Origin: Candidatus Kapaibacteriales bacterium
GTDB lineage: Bacteria > Bacteroidota > Ignavibacteria > Kapaibacteriales > UBA2268
Direction: 5' to 3'
DNA length: 64,000 nucleotides
Assembly (NCBI GenBank): GCA_965661945.1
Contig: CBFIFP010000005.1
Coordinates: 101,182 to 165,181, forward strand
In this document: in pieces, positions 39,752 to 50,234 of the stretch
Position numbering within the stretch: position 1 is the stretch's first letter
How the letters are laid out: the number at the start of each line of letters is the position of its first letter
Program-made: the position numbers and the translations under genes
The notes under the pieces: model-generated
What the model was told of the DNA's origin: nothing
The model's database searches: none
Seen by the model: only the letters and a program-made list of their open reading frames with translations

Positions 39752-40675
39752 ATGAAAATAGAAATTGATCAATCAGCTGGTTTTTGTTGGGGAGTTGTTA
39801 GGACTGTAAATATAGCAGAGGAAACTTTAGCTCAAAACAAAAAAGATAAAAAAACTTATGTTTTAGGTTCTATAATTCATAACCCAAAAGAGATAGAACG
39901 TTTAGCAGAAAAAGGATTAGAAACTATAACTCATGAGGATTTTGAGAAAATAGCTCATGAAAAACCAGATGTAATCATCAGAGCTCATGGTGAGCCACCA
40001 TCCACATACGAAAAAGCAGAGGAACTTGGTTTAAATATAATTGATGCAACTTGTCCATTGGTAACAGGGTTGCAGAATAGAGTTCAAAGATATCATGGTA
40101 AAGGTTTCCAAATAGTGATTTATGGTAAAGTAAATCACCCTGAAGTTATTGGAATCAGGGGAGTTATCAATGACGATTGCACTATTGTAAAGACTGTGGA
40201 AGAAGCATTAGCAAAAGTAGATTTTACGAAAAAAACTGTGTTGTTTTCTCAAACTACAATGGAAAAACCAGTATATCAACAGATTAAAGAAGCGATTCAA
40301 GCTAGGGTTGATAATTTTGTAGAAGGTGGGGAAACTAAAGATTATTTTCAATCAAAAAATACACTATGTAAAGAAGTTTGGGGTAGAGAGCAAAGGGTTT
40401 TAGATTTTGCTGAAGATAATGATATAGTTATTTTTGTTGCAGGTAGGAATTCTTCGAATGGTATAAGTTTGTTTAAACACATGTTAGTTAAAAATCCTAA
40501 TATGTATTACATTGAAGATTTAGAGGAATTAAAAACTGAATGGTTTATTGGATGTAACAACGTAGGTATTTCTGGTGCAACATCGACTCCACAATGGTAC
40601 ATGCAAAAAGTGAAAGAACGGATAGAAGAAATTTATAAAACAGAATTTGCTAATATGGCAGAGATTGCTTACTAA
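39752..40675 (+). CDS. ispH: 4-hydroxy-3-methylbut-2-enyl diphosphate reductase
   Basis: GFCWGV, IIHN, RAHG, DATCPLV, HPEV, SQTT, NTLC, SSN, GATSTP. Confidence 0.96.
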   Translation: MKIEIDQSAGFCWGVVRTVNIAEETLAQNKKDKKTYVLGSIIHNPKEIERLAEKGLETITHEDFEKIAHEKPDVIIRAHGEPPSTYEKAEELGLNIIDATCPLVTGLQNRVQRYHGKGFQIVIYGKVNHPEVIGIRGVINDDCTIVKTVEEALAKVDFTKKTVLFSQTTMEKPVYQQIKEAIQARVDNFVEGGETKDYFQSKNTLCKEVWGREQRVLDFAEDNDIVIFVAGRNSSNGISLFKHMLVKNPNMYYIEDLEELKTEWFIGCNNVGISGATSTPQWYMQKVKERIEEIYKTEFANMAEIAY

Positions 40676-40680
40676 GTATA

Positions 40681-40711
40681 AAAAAGGACGATTTAATCGT
40701 TCTTTTTTTTT
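40681..40711 (+). terminator. Intrinsic terminator after ispH
   Basis: GGACGATT/AATCGTTC stem followed by a T-tract. Confidence 0.7.
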
Positions 40712-40796
40712 GAGAAATTATATTTTAATTTATTTAAAAAGAATTTTGATAAATTATAACATTTCTTTAAGTTTGTTTTTAAAAAAATTGAATTTT

Positions 40797-41540
40797 ATGT
40801 TTAGTGATTATTTAATAGATTTCTTACCAAGAGCGAAGGGTGTTGTTATTCTAACTGGTGCGGGCATTTCTGCTGAAAGTGGTATATCTACTTTTAGGGA
40901 CCCCGACGGTCTTTGGAACAAATTTTCGCCAATGGAACTTGCTTCAATTAATGGGTTTATGTCAAATCCTGAAAGAGTCTGGGAATGGTATCAATATAGA
41001 AGGCAAATCCTTGATAAATCTATGCCTAATCCTGGGCACTATGCTATTTCAAAACTACAAGAATCACTTCCAGATTTAACTATTGTAACTCAAAATGTTG
41101 ATAGGTTGCACCAAAAAGCAGGAGCTAATAAAGTAATAGAGCTTCACGGCAATATAATTACTAATCGCTGTTTTAAATGTAGCAAGGCATATAATAAAGG
41201 TATAAACTTGCAAGATTCATCAATTCCCAAATGTGAATTTTGTGGAGGTAATATTCGCCCTGATGTTGTATGGTTTGGTGAAATGCTTCCTCAAGATGAA
41301 CTTTTAGAAGCCCAACAAAAATCTGAGATTTGCGATATTATTTTCTCAATTGGAACTTCTGGCGAAGTTTATCCTGCAGCTGAATTACCTGTATTAGCAA
41401 AAGAAGCGGGCGCATATTTTGTAGAAATTAATCCAACTAAAACAGCACTAAGCGACTTTGCAGATGAATGTATAACAGGTAAATCTGGGGAAGTGCTTCC
41501 AAAATTATTAGAGGGAATTGGAATAAATTTTGAAATATAA
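40797..41540 (+). CDS. cobB: NAD-dependent deacylase (class III sirtuin)
   Basis: LTGAGISAESG, YQYRR (YxxR), TQNVD, LHG, two CxxC, RPDVVWFGE; start moved from the track's 40647 to ATG 40797. Confidence 0.93.
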   Translation: MFSDYLIDFLPRAKGVVILTGAGISAESGISTFRDPDGLWNKFSPMELASINGFMSNPERVWEWYQYRRQILDKSMPNPGHYAISKLQESLPDLTIVTQNVDRLHQKAGANKVIELHGNIITNRCFKCSKAYNKGINLQDSSIPKCEFCGGNIRPDVVWFGEMLPQDELLEAQQKSEICDIIFSIGTSGEVYPAAELPVLAKEAGAYFVEINPTKTALSDFADECITGKSGEVLPKLLEGIGINFEI

Positions 41541-41541
41541 T

Positions 41542-42627
41542 TTATAATCCTAGATTTAATTGATAGTTATTATTAAAGTTGCCTTTAAAATTTGACATTG
41601 AAATTCCAAGAAGTCGAACAGGTTTAAATGGTAGAACAGGGTTTTTTAGTAAATCTAATGCAATTAAATATATAGTTTCTTTATCATTTATAAAATGTTT
41701 AATGGTTTTACTTCTTTGATTGATTATAAAATCATTATATTTGATTTTTATCGTAATTGTTTTAGATTGCAAATTTTTTTTAATCATTTTATTGGATATA
41801 TTTTCAGAAATGGTTAGTAATTTATCTTGCATTTGGTTTAAAGTAATTAAATCATCACTGAAAGTCCTTTCAACTGCAAGTGATTTTCTTTCTTTGGGTG
41901 GGTTGATATTATTTTCGAGTTGGAGGTGAAGTAATTGAAAAAAATATGCTCCACTTTTACCAAAATGCTTTATTAAAAAAGATATATCATGTTTTTTAAT
42001 ATCAGAACAAGTATGAATATTTAAATTCCTCATTTTATTTGCAGTTACTTTTCCTATACCAGGAACTTTTTCAATTGGGAGTTGGTTTATAAAATTCTCG
42101 GCATCTTTGGGTTGAATAACATAAAGACCATTTGGCTTTTTAAAATCTGACGCAATTTTAGCAAGGAATTTATTAAATGATACTCCGGCAGAGGCAATTA
42201 ATCCAGTTTCTAAAAATATATCATTTTTTATAATTTTAGCTAATTTGAAGGCAGTTATATTCTTTTCAGAGCAGTATTTATTTACATTAATATATGCTTC
42301 ATCAAGCGCTAAAGGTTCTATCTGATTTGAGTATTTCTTAAGAACGCTCATAATTTTTTTAGAGTCTTCTATATATCTTTCAAATCTTGGTTTTATAAAA
42401 ATTATTTGTGGACATAATTTTTTTGCTTGATAACCAGAAATAGAGCTTCTAACACCGAAAACTCTAGCTTCGTAACTTGCAGCAGCAACAACTCCCCTTC
42501 GCTCACTGCCACCAACGGCAATTGGCAGACCTTTTAAATTTTTATTGTCGCGTTGTTCTATAGATGCATAATATGCATCCATATCGATATGTATAATTTT
42601 ATTATGTATTATTTTATTTTTAAACAA
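41542..42627 (-). CDS. dinB: DNA polymerase IV
   Basis: IHIDMDAYYASIE, SYEAR, LDEAY, KFLAKIASD, PGIG, VRLLGI. Confidence 0.96.
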   Translation of the reverse strand: MFKNKIIHNKIIHIDMDAYYASIEQRDNKNLKGLPIAVGGSERRGVVAAASYEARVFGVRSSISGYQAKKLCPQIIFIKPRFERYIEDSKKIMSVLKKYSNQIEPLALDEAYINVNKYCSEKNITAFKLAKIIKNDIFLETGLIASAGVSFNKFLAKIASDFKKPNGLYVIQPKDAENFINQLPIEKVPGIGKVTANKMRNLNIHTCSDIKKHDISFLIKHFGKSGAYFFQLLHLQLENNINPPKERKSLAVERTFSDDLITLNQMQDKLLTISENISNKMIKKNLQSKTITIKIKYNDFIINQRSKTIKHFINDKETIYLIALDLLKNPVLPFKPVRLLGISMSNFKGNFNNNYQLNLGL

Positions 42628-42770
42628 TGTATTTAGTTTATTAGTGAAATGTAATTTAAGAAATATATTATGGTTAAAAACGTTCTTAGCTAAGAATAAT
42701 TTTTTATAGTAATTTCTTTTTTACTATAAAAATATTTGTTTTTGTAAAAGTTTATTATTAAGTTTGAATT

Positions 42771-43502
42771 ATGAAAGGTGTTAGTTTAATATTATTTATT
42801 TTAATATTGCTTGTTTCTTGTAATGAGCAAAGCCCTTTCTATGACTCTTACTCACCTTTAATGATAAAAACTCAATCAAAGTATTCTATTAATCCTAGCA
42901 CTAATACGAAAGACTATAAGGTTTTTGAAAAGCATTATGATAAAAATGGGAACTTAACATTTCACATAGAATATAATGAGAAATATAATGTAACTTCAAA
43001 ATCTAATTATACTTATAATGAAAGTGAAAAAGTTGTGTTTGTAACTGAATTTAATGAGAATGGCGATACGATTAATTCATTCAAAAAAATATACAAGCAT
43101 AATTCAAAAGGACAAGTTTACCAGATTGAAAAAATTGATAAAAATGGGGATTTACAAGAATTAAGAAGATTAGAATATGATGAAAAAGGAAATATTAAAA
43201 TTGAAATTATAGAAAAAGAGAATGTAAAAGTAAATGAAATGAATTATGATTATATTTATGGAAATTCAGGAGAAGTAAATTCAATATATATAAAGGATTA
43301 TAGCAATGGAGAAGTCTTAAAAAAAGACTCAATTATTTATTCTGAAAATCAAATAGATTTAATTTCTATTGATTCAAAAGGAAATATTAACGGGAGAGTA
43401 TCAATTATATATGATGACAGTGGTAATATAATTGAAGAAGTTCAAAAGAGTAATGATAATAAGGTAAAACAAAAATTTATTTACTCATATACTTATTATT
43501 AA
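42771..43502 (+). CDS. Lipoprotein with YD/RHS-like repeats
   Basis: Lipobox LVSC; YDKNGN, YDEKGN, YDDSGN repeats. Confidence 0.7.
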   Translation: MKGVSLILFILILLVSCNEQSPFYDSYSPLMIKTQSKYSINPSTNTKDYKVFEKHYDKNGNLTFHIEYNEKYNVTSKSNYTYNESEKVVFVTEFNENGDTINSFKKIYKHNSKGQVYQIEKIDKNGDLQELRRLEYDEKGNIKIEIIEKENVKVNEMNYDYIYGNSGEVNSIYIKDYSNGEVLKKDSIIYSENQIDLISIDSKGNINGRVSIIYDDSGNIIEEVQKSNDNKVKQKFIYSYTYY

Positions 43503-44290
43503 ATTCCACTTAAATCAATTCCGCCAAAATCTAAATCTGACTCATCAATACCAAAATCCTCTTCAAAAAACTCATCTTCTGGTTCTTGGTCTTTTTTACT
43601 TTTTATTTCATCTGTTTTAGTATTCTCTTCTTCAAAAAAGTCATCGGTATTTTGCTTAATTTTTGTTTCTTTTACTTGTTTATTTTCTAGTTCATTATTA
43701 TGTTCAAATGGAATAGGTCCGGATAACTTTTGAGTTTCAAGTTTTGTAATTTCATCATCTAAATGGTCTATTTTATCGAATTTAAATAATATTCTATCTC
43801 CACAATTACACACTATTTCAATATTATCAATATCACCTGTTTCATCTCTATTAACTAAAATTGTAGCAGGATTATGCTTTGATTTAGTTTTAGGAGCATC
43901 AACAATTTCCACCATTTTTTGAGATTTAACTACATTAGAACTAGGTATAAGTGATCTATTTCCTCTTAAATGAGAGTTGCCTGAAATCCTTGGATAAACA
44001 AGAAAATCTCTAAATTCATTTTCTAACTTTTCTTCATGTTTTTCACTTACATCAATTGAATCGTTTAACTCAGGTTTAAAAGATATAGATTTTCTTCTTT
44101 CTTGGTCATAATTAACCAATTGGTCAATATCCTTTTGATTAAAACCTTTAGTATTAAACTCAGGGTCGGTTCTTCTTTCTTTTTCTAGACCTTTTTTGGA
44201 GATATTTGAGCCCAATTCTTGCTTATTTATAACATCGTTAGAGTCAAATTCCTCTTCAAAAGGATTACCTTCTAATTCAAATTCTTCCAT
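43499..44290 (-). CDS. Hypothetical acidic protein with a CxC motif
   Basis: Long ORF with acidic termini; IEIVCNCGDRI. Confidence 0.65.
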   Translation of the reverse strand: MEEFELEGNPFEEEFDSNDVINKQELGSNISKKGLEKERRTDPEFNTKGFNQKDIDQLVNYDQERRKSISFKPELNDSIDVSEKHEEKLENEFRDFLVYPRISGNSHLRGNRSLIPSSNVVKSQKMVEIVDAPKTKSKHNPATILVNRDETGDIDNIEIVCNCGDRILFKFDKIDHLDDEITKLETQKLSGPIPFEHNNELENKQVKETKIKQNTDDFFEEENTKTDEIKSKKDQEPEDEFFEEDFGIDESDLDFGGIDLSGI

Positions 44291-44352
44291 TTTAGATTTA
44301 TTTATTTTAATTATTTATGAAATATAAAACAATAAGTAAGCCAAAAATTATT

Positions 44353-46611
44353 TTAATTTTGTTTGATACTATCTTGAGGTGCAATTTTGGTATTGGTGGA
44401 ATCAGTTTTAGTACTTGTAGAATCCTGTCCTGGTAATAATTTTTTAGGGTCAACCATATCTTTAAAATCTAATGAATCCAAATCCATTTCTTTTATTTTA
44501 TCATATTTAGATTTTGCACTATCAATTGTAGATTTAGCATCGTCTATTTTTTCTTTAAAAAAGTTTTTAAATGAATCTTTGGCTTTGTTTAGCAGATTCT
44601 TTTTAGTTTCTTCATCTCTAAGGTCTTTAATTTTAATAGGTTGTTTGTCAACTGGTGTAAGAGAAAGCAGTTCTTTTTTCATTTTATTGTATGTTAAACT
44701 ATCAGGTATTTCAGTTCCAGCAACTTTGTTTTCTAGATAAACTATTGATAAACCTAATTCTTTTGCGTAATCACTTGTAGGATATTTTTCTTGGAGTAGT
44801 TTATAGTAATAAAGTGCAGAATCTAAATTTTTTAGTCCATTTTCATAAATCCAAGCAACAGAATAAACTGATTTTGGAGATAAGTTATCTTCTGGAAAGT
44901 AATTATAAATATTCAAATATTCTTTAATTGCTTCTTTAAACATTTTTTGTCTTCTTAGTTCAGTACCTGATTTGAAATATTCTTTGGCACTATCTAAGGC
45001 GTAAGCTTCAGTAAATCCGAGCATTTTACCTGTTATATTTGCGTATTCGCTTTTTGGAAATCTATCAACTATAAGTTGCAATAAGGAATCTGAGCGTCTT
45101 GGTTCAGCTTCTTGTATGTTAATAGCAACAGCGTATAAGTAACGTGCATTATCGATATGCGAAGTATCGCTTCTTTCGAGAGCCATTTCGTAGTAAAAAA
45201 GCAGGGAATCTGGTTGTTTCAATTTTTCATAAGTTCGGGCAATAACATAAGCAGCATGAGATATCTCTTTTGAGGGATATGGTTTATTTATTTCTGATTC
45301 GGAAGTATTAATTGTGGTTGTGCTTGATTGGTTTGATGTTGTAGTGTCCACATCAAATTTCATGAGAGCTTGTTTTCCAACTCTTTCATTTCCTAATATT
45401 TTTCTGTTTCTGTTGATTTGAGAAATGTAAGTGTACATTGCGTTTGATTGAGAAAAAGCGGGTGAGCGCATTGCTCTTGCTTTGGCAAAATAAGTTTCAG
45501 CATTTGCATAATCTCCGTCTTTATAATATTCCATAGCTCTTTCGTATTGATAAATTTTGTGGAGTTTATTATTGGGATATAGCGAATCTGCTATTCTTTC
45601 TGCTTCAACTAACTTTATGTTTAGCCCCGTTGTATCTTCAGAAGTGTTGTACATCATTCTAAGTAAATCCATTCTACCAATAAAAGTAAAATCTTTCCAT
45701 TCTTCAAATTTACCATCTTTTTCGATTCTTCTTAAAATTTCATCTGATTTTTCAAATTTACCAAGTCTTGCAGCACACTCTGCTTCATATAAATATGCTT
45801 CGAACATACCTTGATAATCGGGTCTATATTCTTCATTTGCTTTTGCAAATGCAACTTCAGCTCGTTCGTATTGTTGTAATTCATAAAGCAAACTTGCCAT
45901 TTCGATTTGCCATTTGGCTTTTAATTCTTTGCTATCAGATTGTGAAATTGCTTGAAGATATGGTTTCATAGCGCCCTCTCTGTCTCCTTCATAAAGAGAT
46001 AGGTCTGCGTGCAATCTGAATGCTTCTGAAAGGATGTCGTATCTTTTTAATTGCCATGCAATATCTACAGTTCTTGATAACATTTTTCTGCCATATTCCC
46101 ATTTCCTTTGAATTAGAAGAGATTTAGCAAAAAGTAGATGAGCATCAGGTGATTTTTTCCCGGCAGGATAAATATCAATTAATTCACCACATTTAACTTG
46201 GCAAGGTAACCATTCGCCTTTGTAAAAATAAGCAAGAGCCATTAAATAAAGAGTTCCTTCAACGTATTCACTTTTAGATTTTCTAGCTAAAATCTTAGAG
46301 CCCTTTATTAATACTGAGTCTAACTTTATTTTAACAGGTTGCAATTTAGCTTGGCTTATAACAAACTCTTGCATAAAGGGTGGAACACCTTCTTGAGATA
46401 AATTATCGATTTCTATTATTCCGTATTCAGGTGCTAAAGCTCTTGGCTCAATTCTTTTAGTTTCGTCAAAATATTCAAATTCTTGTTCGGTTTTTTTAAT
46501 TAATTTATCAGCATTATAATATGTATTAAAATAAGTTGTAAAATTCGTCCAGAACTTACAACCAGCAAAAAAGAAAATTAAAATTAAAATTATAATCGTT
46601 TTTTTTAACAT
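44353..46611 (-). CDS. TPR lipoprotein, SprE/PorW-like
   Basis: Lipobox FAGC, NFTTYFNTYYNA, many TPRs with YPTSDYA-type ends. Confidence 0.65.
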   Translation of the reverse strand: MLKKTIIILILIFFFAGCKFWTNFTTYFNTYYNADKLIKKTEQEFEYFDETKRIEPRALAPEYGIIEIDNLSQEGVPPFMQEFVISQAKLQPVKIKLDSVLIKGSKILARKSKSEYVEGTLYLMALAYFYKGEWLPCQVKCGELIDIYPAGKKSPDAHLLFAKSLLIQRKWEYGRKMLSRTVDIAWQLKRYDILSEAFRLHADLSLYEGDREGAMKPYLQAISQSDSKELKAKWQIEMASLLYELQQYERAEVAFAKANEEYRPDYQGMFEAYLYEAECAARLGKFEKSDEILRRIEKDGKFEEWKDFTFIGRMDLLRMMYNTSEDTTGLNIKLVEAERIADSLYPNNKLHKIYQYERAMEYYKDGDYANAETYFAKARAMRSPAFSQSNAMYTYISQINRNRKILGNERVGKQALMKFDVDTTTSNQSSTTTINTSESEINKPYPSKEISHAAYVIARTYEKLKQPDSLLFYYEMALERSDTSHIDNARYLYAVAINIQEAEPRRSDSLLQLIVDRFPKSEYANITGKMLGFTEAYALDSAKEYFKSGTELRRQKMFKEAIKEYLNIYNYFPEDNLSPKSVYSVAWIYENGLKNLDSALYYYKLLQEKYPTSDYAKELGLSIVYLENKVAGTEIPDSLTYNKMKKELLSLTPVDKQPIKIKDLRDEETKKNLLNKAKDSFKNFFKEKIDDAKSTIDSAKSKYDKIKEMDLDSLDFKDMVDPKKLLPGQDSTSTKTDSTNTKIAPQDSIKQN

Positions 46612-46711
46612 ATTTTATATATACGAATTAGTAGTTTTATTGTTTGAAATCAATTTTATTTTCTGTTTTATTTTTAAGTATAATTTATAATTTTAATTTG
46701 TAATGTTATAT

Positions 46712-48571
46712 TCATTTTCTTTCAAAACTGTAATCAGGACTTCGACCAAACTTTTTATCTAAATCGGTTATTGTCATTTCTAAAATTACGGGTCTGCCAT
46801 GGGGGCAAACATAGGGCGTATCACAAGAAAATAAGTCTTTGTGCAATCTTTCCATTTCATGATTGGTTAAAATCTTTCCGGTTTTTATAGAACTTCTACA
46901 AGCATAAGATGCTGCTAAGTTTTCTCTTTTAGATAAAGGGTTTTTTTCTTGTTCTTCGGAATATAACTCTAATATTTCTTTAATATCTTGTTCTTCTGCT
47001 CCTGTTTTTACATCTATGGGTTTTGCAGTAAGAACTATACTTTTATTTTCAATATCAAAATCAAAACCAAGTAATTTAATATCATCTTTTATTTCGTTGA
47101 AGATTAATATTTCAGAATCTGTGAGTTCTATTGTTTCGGCAAATATCATAGTTTGCTGACTTGATAACTCTTTGTTAAACATTTTGATAGCTCGCTCATA
47201 ATTTATCCTTTCGTGTGCGTTATGTTGGTCGATTATCAAAAATCCTCTTTCATTTTGGCAAATTATATATTTTTTATGAATTTGGATAAAACTCATCTCT
47301 GCTTTATTTAAATCAATCGAATCATTATTAAATATCATATCAAAAGCAGTTAATTCATCGTTTGGTTTAAATTTATTTTCAGTTCTTTCAAAATCATTAT
47401 TATTAGATGATTTTGAAGTATTTTGAGAAGGTCTTTTATCTCTAGCGCTATCATCAAAATTAAGAATTTCACCAGTATTTTTATTTACAACAATATCTTC
47501 TTCACCTCTTTGTATTTCAAAAGGGTTTTTAAAATTTTCAAAATTAATATTTTTATCGAAATCAAAATTAACAGAACTTGTAAGGTCATTGGCTTTTAAT
47601 GCTTGTTGCACCGCATTTTTTACGGTCATATAAATATATCTATCATCATCAAATTTTACTTCGTGTTTTTGCGGATGAATATTTATATCAATTTTATGAG
47701 GGTCAATTTCAAGAAATATAACAAAAGGTGGATATTGGTTTTTATCAATTAAAGGTCCGAAGGCACTTATTACTGCATGGTTTATAGATTTATTTTGTAT
47801 ATTTCTACTATTTAGAAATAAAAATTGATGTGAGCGACTTAGTTTTATGATTGATGGTTTAGCAACGTATCCTTTTACTTTCATAGTTCCGTCGTCATAA
47901 TCTAACTTAATCATACTTTCAATAATTCTGTGACCAAGTAGTTCGTTTATTCTGTCTTCTAATTTGTTAGACCTTAGGTTAAGTACTAAGTTATTTTCGT
48001 TATTGAAAATAATTTGTGTTTCTGTATGTGAAAAAGCGAATTTTGTTAAAGTATCTAAGATGGCCTTATATTCGGAAAGATTTGATTTTAGAAATTTACG
48101 ACGAGCAGGAACATTATAAAAAAGATTTTTCACAAAAATTTGGGTTCCGACTTCAGTATCGCATTCTACGATTTCAGGAATGGAGTTTGGCTCCGAAACA
48201 AGTAAGTATCCCAAATCATCTTGTCGGCGTTTAGTTCTGATTTCTAATTTAGCAACAGCCGAAATAGAAGCCAGCGCCTCACCTCTAAAACCAAAAGTTA
48301 ATATTGCTTCTAAATCTTCTTGAGTAATAAGTTTGCTTGTAGCGTGTCTTTTTATAGAGAGTTCGAGGTCTTCTCTGGACATACCAATTCCATTATCTTG
48401 GATATGGATTAGGTCTTTACCTGAATTTTTAATGGTAATAAATATTTGTGTAGCTTCAGCATCAATTGCGTTTTCAACTAGTTCTTTAATTACAGATTCT
48501 GGACGTTGGACTACTTCGCCTGCTGCAATTTGATTAGCAAGATAATCAGGTAATATTTTTATTATAGACAT
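46712..48571 (-). CDS. mutL: DNA mismatch repair endonuclease MutL
   Basis: NQIAAGEVV, GFRGEAL, DQHNAHER, ACR, CPHGRP. Confidence 0.98.
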   Translation of the reverse strand: MSIIKILPDYLANQIAAGEVVQRPESVIKELVENAIDAEATQIFITIKNSGKDLIHIQDNGIGMSREDLELSIKRHATSKLITQEDLEAILTFGFRGEALASISAVAKLEIRTKRRQDDLGYLLVSEPNSIPEIVECDTEVGTQIFVKNLFYNVPARRKFLKSNLSEYKAILDTLTKFAFSHTETQIIFNNENNLVLNLRSNKLEDRINELLGHRIIESMIKLDYDDGTMKVKGYVAKPSIIKLSRSHQFLFLNSRNIQNKSINHAVISAFGPLIDKNQYPPFVIFLEIDPHKIDINIHPQKHEVKFDDDRYIYMTVKNAVQQALKANDLTSSVNFDFDKNINFENFKNPFEIQRGEEDIVVNKNTGEILNFDDSARDKRPSQNTSKSSNNNDFERTENKFKPNDELTAFDMIFNNDSIDLNKAEMSFIQIHKKYIICQNERGFLIIDQHNAHERINYERAIKMFNKELSSQQTMIFAETIELTDSEILIFNEIKDDIKLLGFDFDIENKSIVLTAKPIDVKTGAEEQDIKEILELYSEEQEKNPLSKRENLAASYACRSSIKTGKILTNHEMERLHKDLFSCDTPYVCPHGRPVILEMTITDLDKKFGRSPDYSFERK

Positions 48572-48670
48572 AAATCAAATAAGTGGATAATTTATTACAA
48601 AATTAATAAATAATGCTTTAAAGCCCGAATAATTTTAATATTAATAGCTTATTAATTTGATTGGAGAGAG

Positions 48671-49666
48671 TTATTCCCAAGGATATAATTCGTTTTGACA
48701 CTCACCTTTATCTCTCCATTCTTTAAAGTTTTCAGCAGAAGTTGAAGCAATTCCTTCAAGGGCTTCACGTGTTAAAAAAGCTTGATGACTTGTTAAATAA
48801 ACATTTTGCATTGCTTTTAAAATATTAAATTCATCATCATTTATTATTTTTTCTGACCAATCATAAAAATACATACCCTTTTCTCTTTCGAAAACATCAA
48901 GGGCAGCAGCGGATATTTGTCCTGATTTAAGAGCTTCTATTAAATTGGTTGTATTTATAACAGCACCTCTTGCGGTATTTAAAAGCATAGGTTTCTTTTT
49001 CATTTTTTCTATACTTTGTTTATTTATCATGTATTTTGTGTGATTGTTCAAAGGTAAACTAAGTGAAATTATATCCGAATTCTCATATAGTTCATCTAAC
49101 TCTACATATTTTATATTTTCAAGATTCTCTAACTTTGGATTTCTTTCTAAATCATAAATTAAGATATTAGTTCCAAAACCATACATGATTTTTGCAAAAG
49201 CGGCTCCAATTTTTCCAGCGCCTATGATTCCTATTGTTTTGTTGTGCACATCAAAACCCACTAAGGTATCTAATCTAAAGTCTTGTAGCTGGAATAGTTC
49301 ATCGGCTCTGAAAAGTTTTCTATTTAAAGCAAGAAGCATTGCAACTGTAAACTCTGCAACTGAGTAAGGGGAATACTCGGGTACATTTGCTATTTTCATA
49401 TTATTTTGTTTTGCTGCTGTAAGGTCAATATGGTCATAACCAGCCGAACGAGTTGAGATATAATTTATATTAAAACTCTTTAGATTTTTAATAACCTCTT
49501 CGCTTACTGAGTCAGAAGAAAATACGCTAACGCCATCAAAACCCTCAGCTAAAGATGATGTTTCAAGTGTTAATCTTTCTTCTGTAAATTCAATTTCAAA
49601 ATTGGCAAATGCGCTTTTGATAAATGGAATTTCAAAATCATGTATACTGTAAACTATTATTTTCAT
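48671..49666 (-). CDS. ldhA: D-lactate dehydrogenase-like 2-hydroxyacid dehydrogenase
   Basis: RSAGYDHID, VPEYSPYSVAE, GAGKIG, NTARG, SHQAFLT. Confidence 0.85.
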   Translation of the reverse strand: MKIIVYSIHDFEIPFIKSAFANFEIEFTEERLTLETSSLAEGFDGVSVFSSDSVSEEVIKNLKSFNINYISTRSAGYDHIDLTAAKQNNMKIANVPEYSPYSVAEFTVAMLLALNRKLFRADELFQLQDFRLDTLVGFDVHNKTIGIIGAGKIGAAFAKIMYGFGTNILIYDLERNPKLENLENIKYVELDELYENSDIISLSLPLNNHTKYMINKQSIEKMKKKPMLLNTARGAVINTTNLIEALKSGQISAAALDVFEREKGMYFYDWSEKIINDDEFNILKAMQNVYLTSHQAFLTREALEGIASTSAENFKEWRDKGECQNELYPWE

Positions 49667-49732
49667 TTTTTAAAATTATAATTAATAAATAAGCACAAAA
49701 GACTTAAAAGCTGTATTTTATCAGAGTCCTTA

Positions 49733-50146
49733 TTAAATTATTGCAATACATTTTAATTCAATTGCGATTGGAGTTGGTAAACAGTTAATTTCAACTGTTG
49801 TTCTGCATGGTTGATTATCTTTAAAGTATTCAGCATAAATCTTGTTGTATATCTGAAAATCATCTTTCATATTTGTAAGAAAAACAGTTACATCGACTAA
49901 TTTATCCCAAGAAGAGCCAGACTCTTCTAAAATTAATCTTACGTTATCGAAAACAGATTTACATTGTTGCTCAATATCGTAAGAAATTATATTTTTATTT
50001 TCATCAAGGATTACTCCCGGTATATCTTTTGTTCCTCTTTTTCTTGGACCCACACCAGATAAAAATAATAGGTTGCCTACTTTTCTTGAGTGTGGATAAA
50101 GCCCAACTGGTTCAGGAGCTTTTTGCGATTCAAACTTTTCATTCAT
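49733..50146 (-). CDS. RidA/YjgF family deaminase
   Basis: APEPVGLYPH, LFLSG, NKIYAEYF, PCRTTVE, IELKCIA. Confidence 0.92.
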   Translation of the reverse strand: MNEKFESQKAPEPVGLYPHSRKVGNLLFLSGVGPRKRGTKDIPGVILDENKNIISYDIEQQCKSVFDNVRLILEESGSSWDKLVDVTVFLTNMKDDFQIYNKIYAEYFKDNQPCRTTVEINCLPTPIAIELKCIAII

Positions 50147-50234
50147 AATTAAAATATATTTGATGCTGAAAAAATATTAAAAGAAAACTAAAAGTTTTTT
50201 AATTTTATTAATTGTTTAAATTGCTATAAATCAA

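Noticed and set aside
40797-41540. Sir2 as an anti-phage effector near McrBC
   Set aside because: Typical zinc-binding class III CobB deacylase among housekeeping genes
42628-42700. SOS-box-like motif upstream of dinB
   Set aside because: Only partial CTAA half-sites and a short TTCTTAGCTAAGAA palindrome; not recurrent in the window
42771-43502. RHS toxin
   Set aside because: Short lipoprotein without an RHS core, DPxG motif, toxin tip or immunity gene
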